The position numbers were made by a program, and so were the translations under genes. From assembly GCF_006345805.1 (NCBI RefSeq), contig NC_043025.1:9548001-9612000 (forward strand): 64,000 bases of DNA, read 5' to 3'. Below, one piece after another: positions 61,508 through 64,000 of this stretch; the stretch's first letter is position 1; each line of letters begins with the position of its first letter. This DNA is from Octopus sinensis. Its lineage: Eukaryota. The notes under the pieces are model-generated. The model did no database searches. It was not told the DNA's origin and worked only from the letters and a program-made list of their open reading frames with translations.

Positions 61508-61569
61508 GTATGTCATTATTCAGTTTTATTTGAAGCTTTCTTGCCAACAGAGAAAGAGCTGGTTTCTAA

Positions 61570-62040
61570 CCATAAAAGCACAGTTTGAGCATGGTCCATA
61601 CCAGTGCTGCCTGACTGGCTCCCATGCTGGTAGCACATAAAAAGCACCATTCAAGCATGGTCAGTGTCTGTCTCACCTGACTAGACCCCATGCTTGTGGC
61701 ACATAAAAAGCACCATTTGAGCATTGTTGATGCCAGTGCCTCCTGCCTGGCTCCCATGCTGGTGGCACATAAAAAGCACAATTTGAACATGGTCCATGCC
61801 AGTACTGCCTGACGAGACCCCCATGCTGATGGCATGTAAAAAGCACCATTTGAGCATGGTCGATGCCAGTGCCTGGCTCCGTGCCTGTGGCACATAAAAA
61901 GCACCCACTACACTCACGGAGTGGTTGGCATTAGGAAGGGCATCCAGCTGTAGAAACCTTGCCAGATCAGACTGGAGCCTGGTGCAACCTCCTGGCTTGC
62001 CAGTCCTCAGTCAAACTGTCCAACCCATGTCAGCATGGAA
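61570..62040 (+). mobile_element. Diverged RTE 3' UTR
   Basis: ggcacataaaaagcacc repeats followed by the ggaagggcatccagctgtagaaac block. Confidence 0.7.
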
Positions 62041-62153
62041 AGGCGCAGGAGTTGATGTGTGGTAATTAGCTTGCTTACCAACCACATGGTTCAGGTTTCA
62101 GTCCCACTGCGTGGCATCTTGGGCAAGTGTCTTCTACTATAGCCTCGGGCCGA

Positions 62154-62190
<37 letters not shown>

Positions 62191-63084
62191 TATATGTATA
62201 CAGACATATATATATATGTACATATATAAAATATATATATATATACATATATATATATACATACATGTACATATATAAAAATATATATATATACATATAT
62301 ATACATACATATTCATATATATATATATATGTATATATATGTATATATATAGAGATATATATATATATATATATATATGTACATACATACACACTCACAC
62401 ACACACAAACACAATATTTTGCTGCCTCCATTTTTACATAGTTGTTCAACAGAAATATTTGCATGTAGATTTCCTTAATTATCTCCATTCTTCAACTTAA
62501 AACAACCTGACACATCACACCACAACACCTTGGTGATTCTTTTTTTCTCCTTTGCAAAACCGTAATTGTCAACAAACAACGCTGTGATGTCATTGCTATG
62601 GCATCACTAGTGGTATGCGTTACTTGCTAATTATTCTTCGTTGCACAGGTAGGTCACAATGTAGCCAGAACAGGAAAACGGAATATAATAATAATAATGA
62701 TGATAATAATAAAAAAAAAAATAGCTGAATGTAACACTAATTAAATTACAAGAAACTTGGCCAGAAAAGAGAGAGCGGTGTAATAAGGAATAGGGGGATG
62801 TGTGGAAGGATGGTGGAGGAGAGAGAGAGGAGAGAAAAAGAGGGAGAAGAGATTGGTTGGATGGATGGATGGGTGAAGGGTTTGATGTAATAAGGAATAG
62901 GGGCGAGGGAGGGGATGTGTGGCAAGGATGGTCAGGAGGGATGAAGAGGATAGATAGATGGACAGATGGCTAGATGGAGGAGAGTGGGTGAGAGAGAGGA
63001 GAGGAGAGGAAAAGGAAGGGAGAACAGATTGGTTGGATGGATGGATGGGTGAAGGGTTTGATGTAATAAGGAACAGTAGAATAG

Positions 63085-63315
63085 GCGGCAAGCTGGCAGA
63101 ATCGTTAGCACGGCGAGCGAAATGCGTAGCCGTATTTTGTCTGCCATTACGTTCTGAGTTCAAATTCCGCCGAGGTCGACTTTGCCTTTCATCCTTTCGG
63201 GGTTGATAAATTAAGTACCAGTTACGCACTGGGTTGGATATAATCAACTTAATCCATTTGTCTGTCCTTGTTTGTCGCCTCTGTGTGTAGCCCCTTGAGG
63301 GTAGTAAAGAAATAA
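63085..63315 (+). mobile_element. SINE family B
   Basis: ggcggcaagctggcagaatcgttagc...gtagtaaagaaat. Confidence 0.85.
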
Positions 63316-63553
63316 GGAACAGGGGTGGGGGAGGGGGAATGTGTGAAAGGATGGTCAGGAGATGGCTGGGTGGACAAGAGGATGGATGGATGGGTGTGGA
63401 CAGACAGAAGGAGAGAGGAACAGACAGAGCAAGGGATAAACAGATGGATGTATGGATAGGCACATGGATGCTTAGCTGAGTGGGTAGATGGGTAGATTGA
63501 CAGGTGGACAGATGCCTGTATAGAACAATGGGTGGATGGATGAATGTCTAGAC

Positions 63554-63903
63554 CAGTGCTTTTCAAACTTTTTGCTGGAGCGGAATCCCAAGGAAACGTT
63601 CCACTGGCTCGAGGAACCCCTGTGCAATAATTTAATAGTCTTATGCACACATATCTGCACAGGAGAATTAAAAATTACTGCCGATTTTAGCAGTTTTGTG
63701 ACTTCTTGCGGAACCTCAAGGAAACGTTCCACTGGCTCGAGGAACCCCTGAGCAATAGTTTAATAGTCTTATGCACACATATCTGCACAGGAGAATTAAA
63801 AATTACGTAACTTCTTGCGGAACCCTTGGACTGTACTGGCGGTACCCCTGCACTGTACTGGTGGAACCCTAAGGTTTCGCGGAACCCTGGTTGAAAACCA
63901 CTG
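63554..63903. mobile_element. hAT (Charlie-like) MITE with internal duplications
   Basis: Same termini as 42525-42743; 8-bp TSD gtctagac on both sides. Confidence 0.9.
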
Positions 63904-64000
63904 GTCTAGACAGATAGATGTTTCCATCCTACAAAACCACACAAATAATTCAAAGAGCTAATTTCCTCATCCAAGCTATATTTTGTGTTTCGGATTATCT

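Overview
AT-rich, repeat-saturated animal DNA. The SINE, LINE and microsatellite families point to an octopus genome; this is an inference from repeat content. The only host gene I can support is the 3' end of a CLCN7-like (ClC-7) gene on the minus strand. Four spliced exons are visible (59864-59938, 57397-57482, 55299-55379, 53761-53859), and a fifth must exist, probably inside the 100-N gap. The rest is tRNA-derived SINEs (three families), RTE LINE fragments of at least three kinds, a near full-length Tx1/L1-type LINE (about 35.1-41.1 kb), an R4/Dong-like end in a (TAA)n tract, Helitron-like, TTAA-MITE, hAT and mariner elements, long foldbacks, a 108-bp satellite of about 40 copies and kilobase (TA)n tracts. 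Most notable: a fully canonical type I hammerhead ribozyme in a CLCN7 intron plus further hammerhead-like motifs, a satellite apparently derived from a MITE interior, a composite two-MITE insertion, and a twin-priming-type 5' inversion in an RTE. Nearly all long ORFs in the supplied track are microsatellite or SINE artefacts. Repeat boundaries are approximate unless a TSD or TIR is quoted.
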